A DNA stretch of 52,499 nt from Callorhinchus milii. Its lineage: Eukaryota. Shown here piece by piece: positions 21,004 through 35,050 of this stretch (position 1 is its first letter; each line of letters starts with the position of its first letter). The stretch covers positions 62,001-114,499 of the forward strand of contig NW_024704896.1 of NCBI RefSeq assembly GCF_018977255.1, in the 5' to 3' direction. The notes under the pieces were generated by a model. The model ran no database searches. It saw nothing but the letters and a program-made list of their open reading frames with translations, and was not told the origin of the DNA. Made by a program: the position numbers and the translations under genes.

Positions 21004-24000
21004 TACAACAACAAGATACAAAGAGATTCCATTTATTGAGCGCCGTTCACGTCGGGAGGACGTCCCAAGGCGCTGTACAGTTGGGTCAGGACCCGTGCAA
21101 GAGGGAAATGGTCAGCATGTGGGAAGAGAATGGAGGGAGCGAGGAGGGGGTCGAGGTTCGAGCGGTGAGCTAAAGACACGTTCAAAGAGGAAGGTATTGA
21201 GACCGGCCTTGAAGGCGGAAAGGGAGGAGGCAAGGCGAAACCACTGGGGGATAGAGTTCCAGAGCCTCGGGGCTGAGAGGCTGAAGGCCCGGCCAACGAT
21301 GGTAGGGCGGTTGGGGCGGGGGATGTGGAGCAGACGGGAGCCAGAGGCACGGAGCGTACGGGCAGGTAGGTAGGGGGATAGGAGGTCGGAGAGGTAGGAG
21401 GGAGCGAGGCCGTGAATGGCCTTATAGGTGAGGATGAGGATCTTGAAATCGATCCTCTGGGGGATGGGGAGCCAGTGGAGGCGAGCGAGGGTGGGAGTGA
21501 TGTGGTCCCGAAGCCTGGTGCGGGACAGTACACGAGCTGCAGAGTTCTGAATGACCTGCAGCTTGTGGAGGGAGGTGGCGGGAAGCCCGGCGAGGAGAGA
21601 GCTGCCATAGTCCAGCCTTGAGGTTATAAAGGCGTGGACCAGAGTTTCAGTAGCGTGAGGGGTGAGGTATTGCCGTAGTCTGGCGATATTCCGGAGGTGA
21701 TGGAAGGTGTTGACAGTTGTGGCGCGGATATGAGGGAGAAAGGACAGCTCAGGGTCGAACAGAACCCCGAGGTTCCTGACTGGCTTTGAGAGGTGGAGAG
21801 TGCGGCCTTGGATGCTGATGCTGTCAGCGCCTGAGGTGCGGAGGCGCTGACGCGAGCCGATAAGGAAGGCCTCAGTTTAGCGCATGTTGAGCTGAAGAAA
21901 GTTGTCTCTCGTCCAGAGCTCGATGTCGGACAGGAAGGCTGACAGGACATCGGTGGTCGTGGAGTTGAGGGTAGAGGAGGAAAGGTAGAGTTGGGTGTCA
22001 TCCGCATACATGTGGAAGTTAACCCCATGTCTGCGGGTGATGTCATCAAGGGGGAGCATATAGAGTGTGAAGAGGAGGGGACCGAGGACAGAGCCTTGAG
22101 GGACACCGCACGAGACAGTGCGGGGGGGAGGAGAAGCCATTTGTGGAGACAAAGTGAAGACGGTGGGAGAGGTACGATCTAAACCACTCAAGGACAGGGC
22201 CTTGAAGGTTTAGGTGGGAGGACAAGCGGTGGAGGAGGATAGCATGGTCGACCGAATCGAACGCTGCCGATAGGTTGAGGAGGACGAGGAGGCAATGGGA
22301 GACCTGGTCACAGATGGTCAGGATGTCATCGGTTACTTTGACCAGGGCAGTTTCTGTGCTACGTGTAGCAAGGAAACCCGACTGAAGGGGTTCGAATAGT
22401 GAATGCTTAGAGAGGAAAGTGCGCAGCTTGCAGGCGACAACTCGTTCCAGCACCTTGGGCAGAAAGGGGAGTTTGGAGATGGGCCGGTAGCTTGATAGCT
22501 GCGACGCATTAAGGGGGGTGGGGGGGTTAAGGTGGGAGTGATGGTGGCAGTTTTTAACGGAATGGGGACAGAGCCAGAGGAGAGGGACAGGTTAATGATG
22601 TCTGTGGTATGTGTGGCAAGGAGGTGGAACTGGGAGATAAGGAGTGGAGTGGGGATGGGGTCAAGGGAGCAGGTGGTGGGTTTCAGGGATAGGATGAGTT
22701 TGGTGACAGAGGGTGGGGAAACAGGTACGAAGGTGTGTAGGGGAGGATGGGTAGGAGTCGGAGTGTGGGAGGGAAGGGGTGGGTGGTGGGTGGATGTTGG
22801 AGGGGAAGTAACAGCGGAGCGAATTCCCTTGATCTTGGATTCAAGGAAATCCAGCATCTCCTAGCAGTGAATATTGGAGGAGGTGACCTGAGCGGGGTGG
22901 CGGGGGGGGACGGAGGAGTTGGGATGTGGTAGAGAACAGTAGCCTGGGGTTGTCATTCGCCTCCAGGATTATCCTGGAGTAGAAGGACGATTTGGCCGAG
23001 GCTGGAGTGGAGCGGTAGATTTTGAGGATTTCCAGTGAGATTTGTCGGTGCATGGTGAGGCCGGATTTGACCCAGGTGCGTTCAACAGCCCGCACCTGGC
23101 TCTTCAGTGAGCGGAGTTGGGTGGTAAACCAGGGGGAGGAGCGAGAGTAGGAGCCAGTACGGGAGGTGATAGGGGCAAGAGTGTCAAGTGTGGAGGAGAG
23201 GGTGTTGTGGAAGAGGGTGAGAGCAGAAGAGGGGTCGGTGAGTGTTGAAGGCCAACGGGAGAGGAGTACAGAGGACTCCAAGGCAGCGTTGAGGGATTGA
23301 GGGGGTAACTTCTTCCAGGGGCGGTAGAAGAAGGTGGTGGGTCTGGTGGAGGTGGGGAGGCGGGTGGAGGTGGTGAAGGAGATGAAGTGGTGGTCGGAGA
23401 CGGCCTGCTCGGCGATGGTGACATCCGAGACACTGTGACCCCGGGTGATCAAGTCGAGTGGGTGGCCGTGACTGTGAGTGGAGGAGTTGATTTGGAGGGA
23501 GAGGTTGAGCGAGGAGAGCAGGGAAGAGATATCTGAGGAGATTGAGCAGGAGAGGGTGAAGTGCAGGTTAAAGTCGCCCAGGATGATGAGGCGATCAGAG
23601 CAGAGGCAGAGAGATGTGAGAAGTGTCGAGATATCAGAGATAAAGGTGGGAGAGGTTTTAGAGGGCCGGTAGAGGAGGAGCATTTTAAGTGAGAGGAAGG
23701 AGGGTTGGGAGAGGGTGAGGTGCTCATAAGAGGGGAAAGAACCAGAGGGGTAGGGGAATAGAGCAAGTGGTGTCCATGAGATAAGGGTAACACCACCACC
23801 ACGTCGGTTGGGGCGAGGGATGTGGTGGGAGGAGTAGCCGGGTGGTGTGGCCTCCGTGAGGGGGAAGGTTTCGCCTGGTGTTAGCCAGGTTTCCGTTAAG
23901 GCCATAATATCAACGTTCTCATCAAGGATGAGATGGTGGATGACGAGTGCCTTGTTAAAGAGGGAGCGGACGTTTTGTAGTCCGATGTGGAGGTAGCGGT

Positions 24001-24504
24001 TGACAGAAGGGTGTGTGGGAGGGGAGGGGGGTCCAGGTTGTGAGGCAGGGGTGGGGGGAATGGGGATGAGGGAGGAGAGGTTGACTCCCCGGGTCTGTGC
24101 CCGGGGTGGCTGGCGAGTGTGGTGGGGAATGGGGCAGTCGGTGTGGCTGCTGCTGGACAGCCAACGCCGAGTGCCACGGTGAGCCCGGCGAAGGATTCCC
24201 AGGCTGGAGCAGAGGGAGGTTGTGGGAGGGTCAAGTGGGGATAGAAGGCGAGAGGTACGGAGAGAGAGGAGGAGAGAGCGGGAAATGTGCAGAAGGTGGA
24301 GTGTTTGGGGGTAGAGAGGAGGGAGAAGATAGGGAGGGGGTGAGGTGGCTCGGGTCATACCGGCAGCCATATTGCGCACGCGGCGACCGGGAGCGAGCGG
24401 TCAGGTGGATGGACACATAATCCCATATGTTGGGGCAGCCAACTTAACAATACCATGTTGGGCTCTGATGTGAGCCCTGGTGTGCGGCGCAGAGGATTTT
24501 TTTT
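21004..24504 (-). mobile_element. Near-full-length L2-clade LINE (AP endonuclease plus reverse transcriptase, frameshifted) nested in a CR1 fragment in the J3-to-supporting-V intron
   Basis: EN motifs LQNVRSLFNK, LTETWL, GGGV, YRP, LGDFNLH, GHPLDL, VSDHHF. RT motifs [41 protein letters not shown]. 3' stem-loop and (TTG)n-like tail at 21004-21080. Confidence 0.95.
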
Positions 24505-24505
24505 N

Positions 24506-24970
24506 AAACCAGGTATCAGGGAATTCATTGATAAGAAGAGGTTAGTATCAGGAAGCATTCTCCTAAGACCAACTTAGGTTAAGGGCAGATTTAATTGAAG
24601 TGTTCAAAATTCTGAGAGGCGTTGATCGAGTAGATAAAAATCGTTGGACCAAATACAAGTTTAAGGTAATTGGTTAAAGCTCAGATGGGAGATGAGGAGA
24701 ACTTTAAATTTTAAAGCAAAGTTTATATAGTCTTGAATGCACTACTTGAAATTGTGGTACAAGTGGATGAACAATAAGCTCCAAACAAATAATTTCAATA
24801 ATAATAAATAATATAAATATTATTCTTATTTAATAGTAAAAAGAAATAATTTGGAAGCGATGGGTGAAGGGGAGTGGGAATAAATGGGCAGCTCTTTCAT
24901 AAAGACGGCGAAAGAACGCTGGGCCGAAGAATCTCTTTATGTGAAATAAGGTTATATTATTCCATGATTT
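24506..24970 (+). mobile_element. CR1-type LINE 3' fragment (continuation of a piece at about 20960-21003) ending about 28 bp before the supporting-V acceptor
   Basis: ggttaagggcagatttaattgaagtgttcaaaatt...gatgggagatgagga...gctgggccgaa...ttccatgatt. Confidence 0.75.
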
Positions 24971-24998
24971 AAAACAGCTTGTAATCTGCCCCCCGCAG

Positions 24999-25300
24999 GA
25001 TCGAGTAAAGCTGTTTCCCCGTCACGGCCTGAACACATGTCTTTCGCTGGTGAGAATATAACATTAATTTGCAAAGTTGCAGCATGCAGTGGAGAGGATT
25101 TCAGCGTCTCCTGGTACCGTCAGTCCCCTGGTGAGAAATTGTAATACCTGATCCACAGAAAACCCTCAGGAGAGGGTAGAAACCCCACTTGAGATCATAT
25201 TTCTGCTTCTATTGACACTGCCAAGAATATCAGCGTTTTAACCATCGTCGGCCTGCGGCTGACAGACTCCGCTATGTATCACTGTGCACTCAGTCTACAC
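24999..25300 (+). pseudogene. Leaderless supporting Vdelta, cassette 3, pseudogene
   Basis: cgcag|GA TCG AGT... = SSKAVSPSRPEHMSFAGENITLICKVAACSGEDFSVSWYRQSPGEKL*YLIHRKPSGEGRNPT*DHI...DSAMYHCALSLH. Stops TAA 25142 and TGA 25190; CDR1 Cys at 25085. RSS CACAGTG(25301), 23 bp, ACAATAACC(25331-25339). Confidence 0.93.
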
Positions 25301-26574
25301 CACAGTGATAGACATCATAGGAAGCCTCGTACAATAACCCTCATCACAACCAAAGCTGGGACACAGTACAGTACAGAGAGTGACAGACGTCGTAACAAAC
25401 CTTTCCCAACTGCTACCGTAGCTTTCACTGGATTAGGTTCATATCAAGTCAATTAAAATATGTGATACATTTCTTACTGTATATTTGAGATACGTTTCAA
25501 GAACAGAGAGCAGATTGTGACAAATGTTTGTTTTAAATTAAACAATCCGTCTCTCACAGTTTAGAGCTATCGCCGCGCAAATCGGATCATCTGGGTTCAA
25601 TTCGCGGGTGGGACAGAACAGGCCGAAACCTTTCGTAAAATTCATTTCTCCACACACAGCTATAGACATATACACATACAACACACACAGTGACACACAC
25701 ATGCACACAGACGGGCACAAACATACGTACACACACAAACAGACACAAACTTCTGCTTTCAAGCAGGATCCCGCATTATTCGATTTGGGGGATTTCAATT
25801 AATCCCTTCAAAATTATAATGATAATTTTATCAATCAATAAGCGACAGTTCTTGGGAGAGTCGCTGCGTTTGATTACCTGCCGCGTTTCGCCCCTAAAAC
25901 ACACAGTCACTGCACCATACTGTGTATCCTTTGAAGCGATTTGAGACGTCTGGAAGTATTGATAAGGATCTCTACACAATGTAGATATGAGGAGCTGAAT
26001 GCTCCATTTTGATGGCTATATGTGTGAAACGTGGCTTTATGTACACATTGCTCTCTGCAAGTTGGCTCCACATTCGCTCAAAAACACATCAGGCATTTCA
26101 CAGTCAAACTTGAGAAGGATTTTAGCCACGAGCCCAGTGTGAAAAATGTAATATAGGCTACATGGTTTATTGTACAATTAATTAGAATATGAAAGTTTCC
26201 AGGCTGATGGCAATAGCAGCCAAACACAGATCATGGATCAGCATTTTCCTCCTCATTGAGCTGACAAATTCTCAGCGGCTCAGCATTTTTCCCGCCGTCA
26301 TTATTACAGGGATTGAAGTAAGGATAAAGTATCTCAGTGAAAGTCTCTGCGAAGGTGTGGAGATGAGACATGTTATCAGCGTTGTAAAATGTCAACTGTC
26401 CCCCCTCATAGTCCAGGTAAACCCCCAGCTTCCCCGGTCTCTCTTTCACGGGCAGTCGAGTATCAGGTGAGGTGCAAGCGTTATATTCATCCCCGTTTCT
26501 CAGTACAATAATCCAGTATCCGTTATCTGGTGAATATATGATCTTTCCTTTCCTGTTGACCGAATTCCTGACTA

Positions 26575-27115
<541 letters not shown>

Positions 27116-27169
27116 GATGGAAGATGGAAGTACAAACCATTACAAGGGTCACAGGCCGTGTAGTTGTGC

Positions 27170-27965
27170 GAGGAGTATGTCTGAATGTGGGTGAGGATGA
27201 ATGTGCAGGTGTGTGAGGGGTGTGTGAGGGTTGCGTGTGAGGTGAATGTATGAGAGTGTGCTTGAGGGGAGTTTGTTAGGTTGTGTGTGAGCGTGTGTGC
27301 TATGGTGTGTGTGTGAGGAATGTTCGTGACGAATTTGGGTGAAAATTTGGGAGAGATTGTCTGAGATTGTGAGTGAGGAGTGTGTGTGAGATTGTGCGGG
27401 ATCGTTTGTGTGAAGAATGTGTGAGTCTTTGTGTGAGGATGTGTAAGTGTGGTATTTGTGAAGTTGTGTGTGAGATTTGTGTGCGTTGTGTATGAGGTAT
27501 ATGTGTGGTGTGCCTGATGTTTGTTGAGAGAGGTGTGTATGAGACGTGCGTTTTGTGTGTGTGTGATCGGTATGTGCGAGGCGTATTTTTGTGTTGTCTG
27601 TGTATAAGGGGTATATGTATGAGTGAGGGCTGTTTGCGTGAGAGGTGTGTGAGGAGAATGTGTGTAAGATGTTTGTGTGGTGAGTATGTGTGGGGTGGTT
27701 GTGTGAGGGTGTGTATAATATTTGTGTATGTGTGTGCGGGGTGTGTGTGCGAGAGGGTTGTGTGTGACTGAGGGGTGCTTCATGAATGTTATGAGGGTTG
27801 TATTTGTGAGCTCTGTGTGGGTTTCCGTGTGGGAAGCGCTTGCATTAGGTGTTTGTGTGTTGGTGGTGTTTGTGTTTTTTTGTTTGTTTTTGTGCATGTG
27901 TATATCTGTCTGCAAGGATTGTGTGTGTGAGGGTTTGGCTGAGGTGTGTGTGCGTGTGTTTGAGG
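27170..27965. repeat. TG-rich degenerate low-complexity tract (TRIM intron)
   Basis: About 800 bp of gtgtgtgag-like units; source of the spurious Thr/His- and Val/Cys-rich ORFs. Confidence 0.9.
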
Positions 27966-30964
27966 GTGTGAGTATATATTTTCGGATCCCAGTAAATATG
28001 ATACAAGTAAAAGAGATTCAGGGTGGGAATATTAGAGATTTACCTGGACTGATGCACTCTATCATGTGTCTCCAGACTGTGTTCTTCGAAGGCCATTTGT
28101 ACCGGTCCACAGGAAGTTCAGCCTCACATACTGACACATCAAACACCTCGTCACTGTCCCTGAAATAAGAGTCGATCACATTATACAGTGTAATGTTGGT
28201 TTGTGGGTTAAATTCTGGGATGTTTCGTAAAGATCAAATTCATACCTTGTTTTGCCATCCGCTGCCTCCTAATGAAATTAAACACGGACAGATGTCAGCT
28301 CTCAATGAAACAGCACATTTGAAACTCAGTCACACAAAACATAATTCTACATCACACAATTTCCTGTTATTGTAACGGCGATGCTACTCGTTATATCTTG
28401 TCTCCAAAGCACATACTGCGCAGATACACAGCACAAGAAATTAGGGCCAGATCAGCTCCAAGGAAATCCCAGATCCCTCCTCTTTGGGTGTGTGGAGAGG
28501 TGGGCGGGGGGCGTAACTGGATTCAAGATATCGAGACAGGAACAGCAGGACATTCAATCCGGAGCCACAGCCCAGCCCCTAAGTAAGACTTGGAAGAGTT
28601 GACCCGTCACTGGCCAGGGGAGGCGGGGTGTGGTGGGTAGTGGGTGTGGGGGGGCGGCGGTTGGGGGATTGGTGGTAAAATTGCAGCCAAAACCCTGATT
28701 AATTGGTAGGTGGTCCTCGCTGAACAAGCTACGAGAAATCTTCCCAAACAGCGAAATGAACGTCAATCTGTGAGGTTTAGCTGTTCGCACTCCAGCAGTT
28801 ACCACAATCCAAACTGATAAAACATGGTGTGGCCAACCTGTGCCTAAAACATTGCAGAATCAGATAAACAGGATGTTTCACTTCGGGCAGAGGGTTCGCA
28901 TTTCATCGCGAAATTTATCTTTGGGATTTCCATATGTACGTGGAATTGTCAGTGTGGTTTGTATAAACTTAACCACTGTGATAGGTTTCCACATGCACTA
29001 TACACAGCACTGACCATAATAATTTTCAGATCCACGGTGGGATCTGCTTACAAACACATACACAATATACCAAATAATCCATCACTGACCTGTTTAAAAG
29101 TCAGTGTATGATTGTCTGCTCCAGATTGTGTGTAGCTGTTACTGAACTGAATTGTAAAATAATCTCTTTACCTGCAGGAAGGATATAGTGTCTTTGCCCA
29201 TCTGCGTCTGTATCGCTGAGATTTCGTGCTGAACAAAATCTAATTTGCCCTCAATCTCTCTCAGATTTGTCTCCATTCGATGTAAAATCTCCTCCTCTCG
29301 CTGTCGGAGATCTCGCATTACATGCTGCTCTCTGTCAGTCAGGCTCTGGTGCATTTTGGCAAACTCAAACTTGACGTGGGTCTGCAGACTACTGGATTGT
29401 TCCTGCAAAATAACAAACGTCCGACGGTGTGAGCACAGTAAACAGAGACACACTGAAATGTCACACCACATGCATACAATAAAGAGAGATACACTGAGAC
29501 ATGGCACCTTGGATACACAGGAAACCGAGAATCACTGAGACATGATACTGTGTTCACACAGTAAAGAGAGACAAACTGAGACAGTATACCTTGTACACAC
29601 TGTAAACGGGGACAAACTGAGACATGATAACGTGCACAAACCTTAAAGAGTAACACAATGCGGCATCACACCGTATACGTAGAGAATATGCGACGACTCT
29701 ATGAGACATCGCACCGTGTATACACAGTAAACAGACACAATCTGAGAAATCACACCAAGTATACACATTATACAAAAACAGAGATATCACACCGTGTGCA
29801 CACAATCAACAGAGGCAACGAGAGATCACACCTTGTACACATTAAAAAGACACGCATTGAGACATCACACCGTGTGAACACCGTGAACAGAGACATGATG
29901 AGAGATCACAACGTTTACACACATTGAATAGAGACACACTGGGAGATAAGGCATCACCACCATCACAACTTACCTTAACTTGTGAAATCTTTTCTCTCTG
30001 TTTGGCTTCAGCTTGCAGAGCAGTTTCCTTCCTATGTATGAGTGAAGCTAAAGTGGATTTGAATTGTTCCTGGAATAAACAAGCCAAATGTAAGTGTTTG
30101 AGTATAAAAATATGAAGAAAGAATCCCTCGTGAGGGTATTGTTACCTTGTACATTTCAGCAGCTTCGTCAATGGGCAGGAAGTTGTGATCCCTGTGCTCT
30201 CGCGCATCTCTGCAAACTATACACAGCAATTTCTTGTCAGATTCACAGAACAGCTTCATTTCCTCCCGGTGTTTCTCACAATGACGTTTCGTTCCCGTCT
30301 CTGTCGAGATCAGGCTGAATTCACAGGCTTTCTCCACCATTTTGACGAGGGTTCGATTAACATTCAGGTTCCCGTTGGCAATAACCTGGCGACATTCCGG
30401 ACAGGATTGGGTATCCTGTTTTTCCCAGCACACAATGTAATACAAAAGCGACAGTAATTGTGGCCACATTCCAGGCTAACAGGATCAGTAAATAATTCCA
30501 AACAAATAGGACAGTTAAGCTCCTCGGTCAGACGCTGAACCTGATATCTATAAGCCATGATCACTCTCAGGTTTTCCGGTCCAAACTTATTCATTCTTAG
30601 TGTATCTGTGCTGTGTGTGTCCCACCCTGTGACAGAGTTCACTTGTTGTAATGCACACACCTTCTAGTTGAGAGCCAGTGTTGTGAGTAATGCCCAGAAC
30701 TGGACGTAGAAAGCATTGATGTGGAAATGGAGCAAAGTTCAACGTAATAAAAGTTCCATTGTGGGCGTGGAGACAGAGGGAAAAGATAAGAAAAACAGAA
30801 AATGTGGAAGCAGGAATAAGCACAGAGACAAATTATCCGAATCTCTCTCCTGAACGCTTGGAATTTCCGTATCGGGGAGGGTCCTGCTGTTTATTCTCCT
30901 GATTAACAACTTACCATTAATCGAACCGTTCAGAGTATCGCCTTATTTCCACAACTGCAACATT

Positions 30965-31310
30965 GATCCAACTTCTCCCTCTCTCCCCACACAAGGTCCC
31001 CTCCACGCAAAATCTCCCCTTCCCACACAATCTCCCCTCCATACATAATCTCTCCACTCACCACACAACCTCCTTTCGTTGCACAGTCTCCACTCCCCAC
31101 TCAATCTTCCCGCTCCACAGACAATCTCACCTCCGGCACAATCTACCATTCTCCGCACATTCTCTTCCCTCACACAACTTCCTGCCTCACCACACAACCT
31201 CCACAGCCACACAATCTCCCCTCCCCCATTTCTACACAGACTATCCTCCCCACACAAACAATGCTCCCCGCACAGTATCACTTCACCCTCCCGAAACAGT
31301 CCCACCTCCT
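30965..31310. repeat. Degenerate C-rich minisatellite (cacacaatctcccc-like units) upstream of the TRIM ATG
   Basis: The motif acaatctcc/acaatcttcc recurs many times at about 20-25-bp spacing. Confidence 0.7.
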
Positions 31311-33238
31311 TCCGCAATATTCCAGGATCCATACTGATATTTCAGAAAACGGTGATTTGTGTTTCACAAACGTAGTTCCAACCTTCAATTGGCTTCCTGG
31401 CTTTGCACCACCCTCCACACATCCACGTCTCTTTCTACCTCTCTGTCTGCTGAGTTCCTACAAACCCCCCACCACTCCTCCTCTCGTCTAGAATTCCCTC
31501 ATGGTCGCAATTCCCTCACCAAAATTAATAGTGAACTTTCAACAACAACAACAACAAGTTTCCATTTATAGACCGCCTTTCACGTCGGGAGTACGTGAAG
31601 GCGCCAATGTTCTCAGAGCTAGTTTAATCTGATCTTTAATCACTTCGCTTTGTCTCCTCACTGGCGACTCTCACAAGTAGTTTGTCTTTCAATGTGCATT
31701 TGCCCACTGAGCGAGGAATTTAATCAGTTTCTCCTGGGAGCTGGACATGTATGGCATAAACAATGCAGGTCATCAAAGCGTCTTGCCCTGTTGTTGATGC
31801 GTTATACAACAGGAATGTATCTGAGAACCACTTGCACAACAGGTGATACAACTGAACACACATTGTTTCCAGTAAGTCATAAAACACATCGTAAAAGGGT
31901 TGCAAGTTCGAAAACAACCAGTTTTAATGAGATAATTATTAACCTGTATCGCTCTCCCTGCCTTGTTACGAAAGAAACCTTTGGCTAATAATCAAGAATA
32001 TTGTCACCAGGTAAAACATTCGGTGAGAAATCACCACATTATTCAGCTTTCTCACTCTTGTGATAAGAACAAATGGCCCAGATGCCGCTTCTATGATTTT
32101 AAAACCAATTTAACAGTTGTCACCTCCCACATCGATTTTCGAATCGACTCCATGCGAATCACTTGAGCTCCGCCTCCAATCACATTCGGATCTTTCTATC
32201 CGTGTTCTCATAAACAACTGACTCACTCGCCCATCAGCCCAGTCAATGCTCTGTTCGTCCGCCTCCATGTTAGCAGAAAGGATTGATTTCACGATTCTCA
32301 CACTCTGTTATCAATCATTTGATGCTCTTGCGCCTCCCGACCGCTCTGAACATCTCACTTTAGAGTACCAAGCACTTTGAGTCGTGTCGAGTATCTCATA
32401 AGGCGTTATATCAAATGCAAGGATTATTACCGTTAATATTATAATTATTATACTAAGGTCCGGTCTATCTGTTCAACTGAACGCTAAAGATATCATGCAG
32501 CTCTTCGAAAATAGAAATCTAATGTTTCTTCTTCTCCGAGAAGAAACAATAGCAATGGCTGCCATAAATAACAATTTCTGAAGAATTATTGGTGCATTGT
32601 TAGACACAGTTGGTATTTTATATCAATACTACTTGCGAAACAAGCTGGCTTGTCATCCCCTGGACGCAATAGTGATCCAATAAATACTGCTGTTTCAGCT
32701 TTCTTCTGTGATAATTTCTGGGTCAGCAAATGTGGAAACTATTCGCCATGCGTATTACTATGGAAAACAAGCTGAGATTCCCATGCACCTATTTAAACAT
32801 CGAAGTCACAGAGATAGGTTATTGGAATTGAATGCGTACAGCTTATCTAAATCTGTAGATCATTAGCCACAATTTGGAAAGAGCCAAGTATTGGGGGAAA
32901 TCCGAGCTGCGTTGGTGTAACCGCTGATGTCTAACCAGCTAAAACCATAAAGCTTGACATTGGTGCTCCTGCGTGGAAAGCTTTCCCGCTGTTTGTCCTG
33001 CAAAGACCACTCTTCGCGTTAGGGATTGGCTTTCAGTGTCAGCAAGTCCTAAATGGAAGGATTCCCTGACCCCAGTGACTGGTAAAAGCCGCTGTATAAA
33101 AGCAATTGGTTGTTGGTTGAATCGCGGCTGAGATGCCAATGAGGTGACGTGAAACAATGGCTCCGCCAATGCCGAAAATCACTGCGGGTTATCAGCAAAC
33201 TGATGCACAGACCCAACCACACAGACTTAAGAGCAGCA

Positions 33239-34126
33239 ATGAGCTTGTTTACTGTCTGTCTTGTGCTGGGAACCTTTATGTTAGGGGAGGCCGTGTCGAG
33301 CTCATTCTATGTCTCTGCTGATTGTCAGCTCCATTTCAACAACAACTGGTGGAGTACTGTATCTTGTGGATAGAGCATCAGCCTCACAAAGGAGAGGTTC
33401 AATTTCCAAACAGGAAAAACTTTGGGCAGGTATCCTTACTTTATACGAACGCGTCTTTTTGCCCAGAAGTCAGCAGGAACCCGGTTGCCATTTAACCACG
33501 GTTGAACACGTCGGTAATGATCCGATTAATAATAATATGTTCATTCAATGGACGACTGTTTGCGAAACACGGCAGTGTGCAATTGACCGCCGCGTTTGGC
33601 CCTCGAGAATACAAAGCAATTAACTTGAGACAATCAATTGTCATCGACGTGACAATGATTTATATGATGTATATTGATGATTATTATTTATTTGCTATCA
33701 AAACGTATAGCGACTTTCGCGTTGGCAGGATAATGTCCCAAATTGGTGCAAAATAATTATATCAAATAGAGAATAAGAGATTATCGCGTTCTTCTATGTT
33801 TATTACAGATCTCTGCGGTGGGAACTCTGTCAGGCAGAAGGATGGCACGATGCTGAAGAAAGAAAGAGAAACTGTGACATTTGAATGTAGCTATTCCACG
33901 ACTGAGAGCTATTACTACCTCTTCTGGTACCGACATTACCCAGGCGAACAGCCAGAGTTTATACTGAATAGGGATACAAATATTAATCAGGAAAAAAAGG
34001 AGAATGAATTGGAAATCGATTCTATTCTCGGCTTCCCACTTCCCAATCTGTCACCACATTATTCATCTCTAAGCTGCTGATGTCTGACAGCGCTGTGTAT
34101 CTCTGTGCTTTCGCACCCTATAGCCC
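33239..34126 (+). pseudogene. Conventional V segment V-E (V-B family; leader 33239-33284, V exon 33809-34126), pseudogene
   Basis: Leader MSLFTVCLVLGTFMLG with the donor mutated GT to GG. Frameshift around the A-run at about 33995. RSS CACAGTG(34127), 23 bp, ACAAAAACT(34157-34165) is intact. Confidence 0.92.
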
Positions 34127-34399
34127 CACAGTGATGGGAAACAGCCACAGCCTCGTACAAAAACTACCCTGGCTGTGTGAGCTTGGTCTATCCATCTGAC
34201 CTCTTTCTGTATATTCAGAGTCAGGCTTTGTGTGCAACGTGTTTGAGGGTAAACCACATTCAACACAAGTGAATCTGTCTGCTGAAGATCCTCGTTATTA
34301 TTTTTCTCAATAACTTCAGAATGTAAAATAAACATTCAGTTAGCTGCAACAGTCCACGTAATATAAGTGAATCATTGAAGATGGCAGGACATGCAGATA

Positions 34400-35050
34400 A
34401 AGCTCTCTAAAAAATCATACGGGAGATATTAGGCTTTATACATACGGGAATAGAATACAAAATCAGAAAGTTATGACGAACGTTTATAAAACACTATTTA
34501 AGCCTCAGCTGGAGACTGTGCTCAGACTGGGCCCCACACTTAAGACGGATGTCAATGCATTGGAGATGGTGCAAAGTAGATTTACCAGGACGGTACCAGG
34601 AATGAGGGACTTCAGTTGTCAGGAGAGGCTTGGAAGCTAACATTACTCTCCTTGAAGCAGAGCGGGTAAGAGGAGACGTGAAAGATTATTTCAAAATGAT
34701 AAAAGACTTCATTAGGTTTAGCAAGCAGAAACTATTTCCGAAAGCGGGTTGGTCGGTAATCCGAGTGCACCGACTTAAAATTGTTGCTAAAGAAATAGAG
34801 GTCAGGCGAGTGGAAATGTTTTTTCTCCAAGCGATTTGTTCGGATTTGGGATGCATTGCCTGAGAGGGTGTTGGCAGCTGATTTGATAACAACTTTTAAG
34901 AGAGAGGTAGATAATTATTTGTTAATGACCAGTTTTCAGACAAATGGCGAAAGTGCGGGGGAGGTGTTTGAATTGAGAAGCTGTTTTCAAAGAGCCGGAA
35001 CAGAAACGATGGGCCGATTGGCCTCATTTTGTTCCGCATAGTTCTATGAT
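34400..35050 (+). mobile_element. CR1-type LINE 3' fragment (duplicate of 13660-14307)
   Basis: Same position relative to the V gene and same ttctatga tail. Confidence 0.78.

Noticed and set aside
21033-24420. Many overlapping Pro/Ser- and Gly-rich ORFs
   Set aside because: Alternative frames of the frameshifted L2 ORF2, not separate genes.
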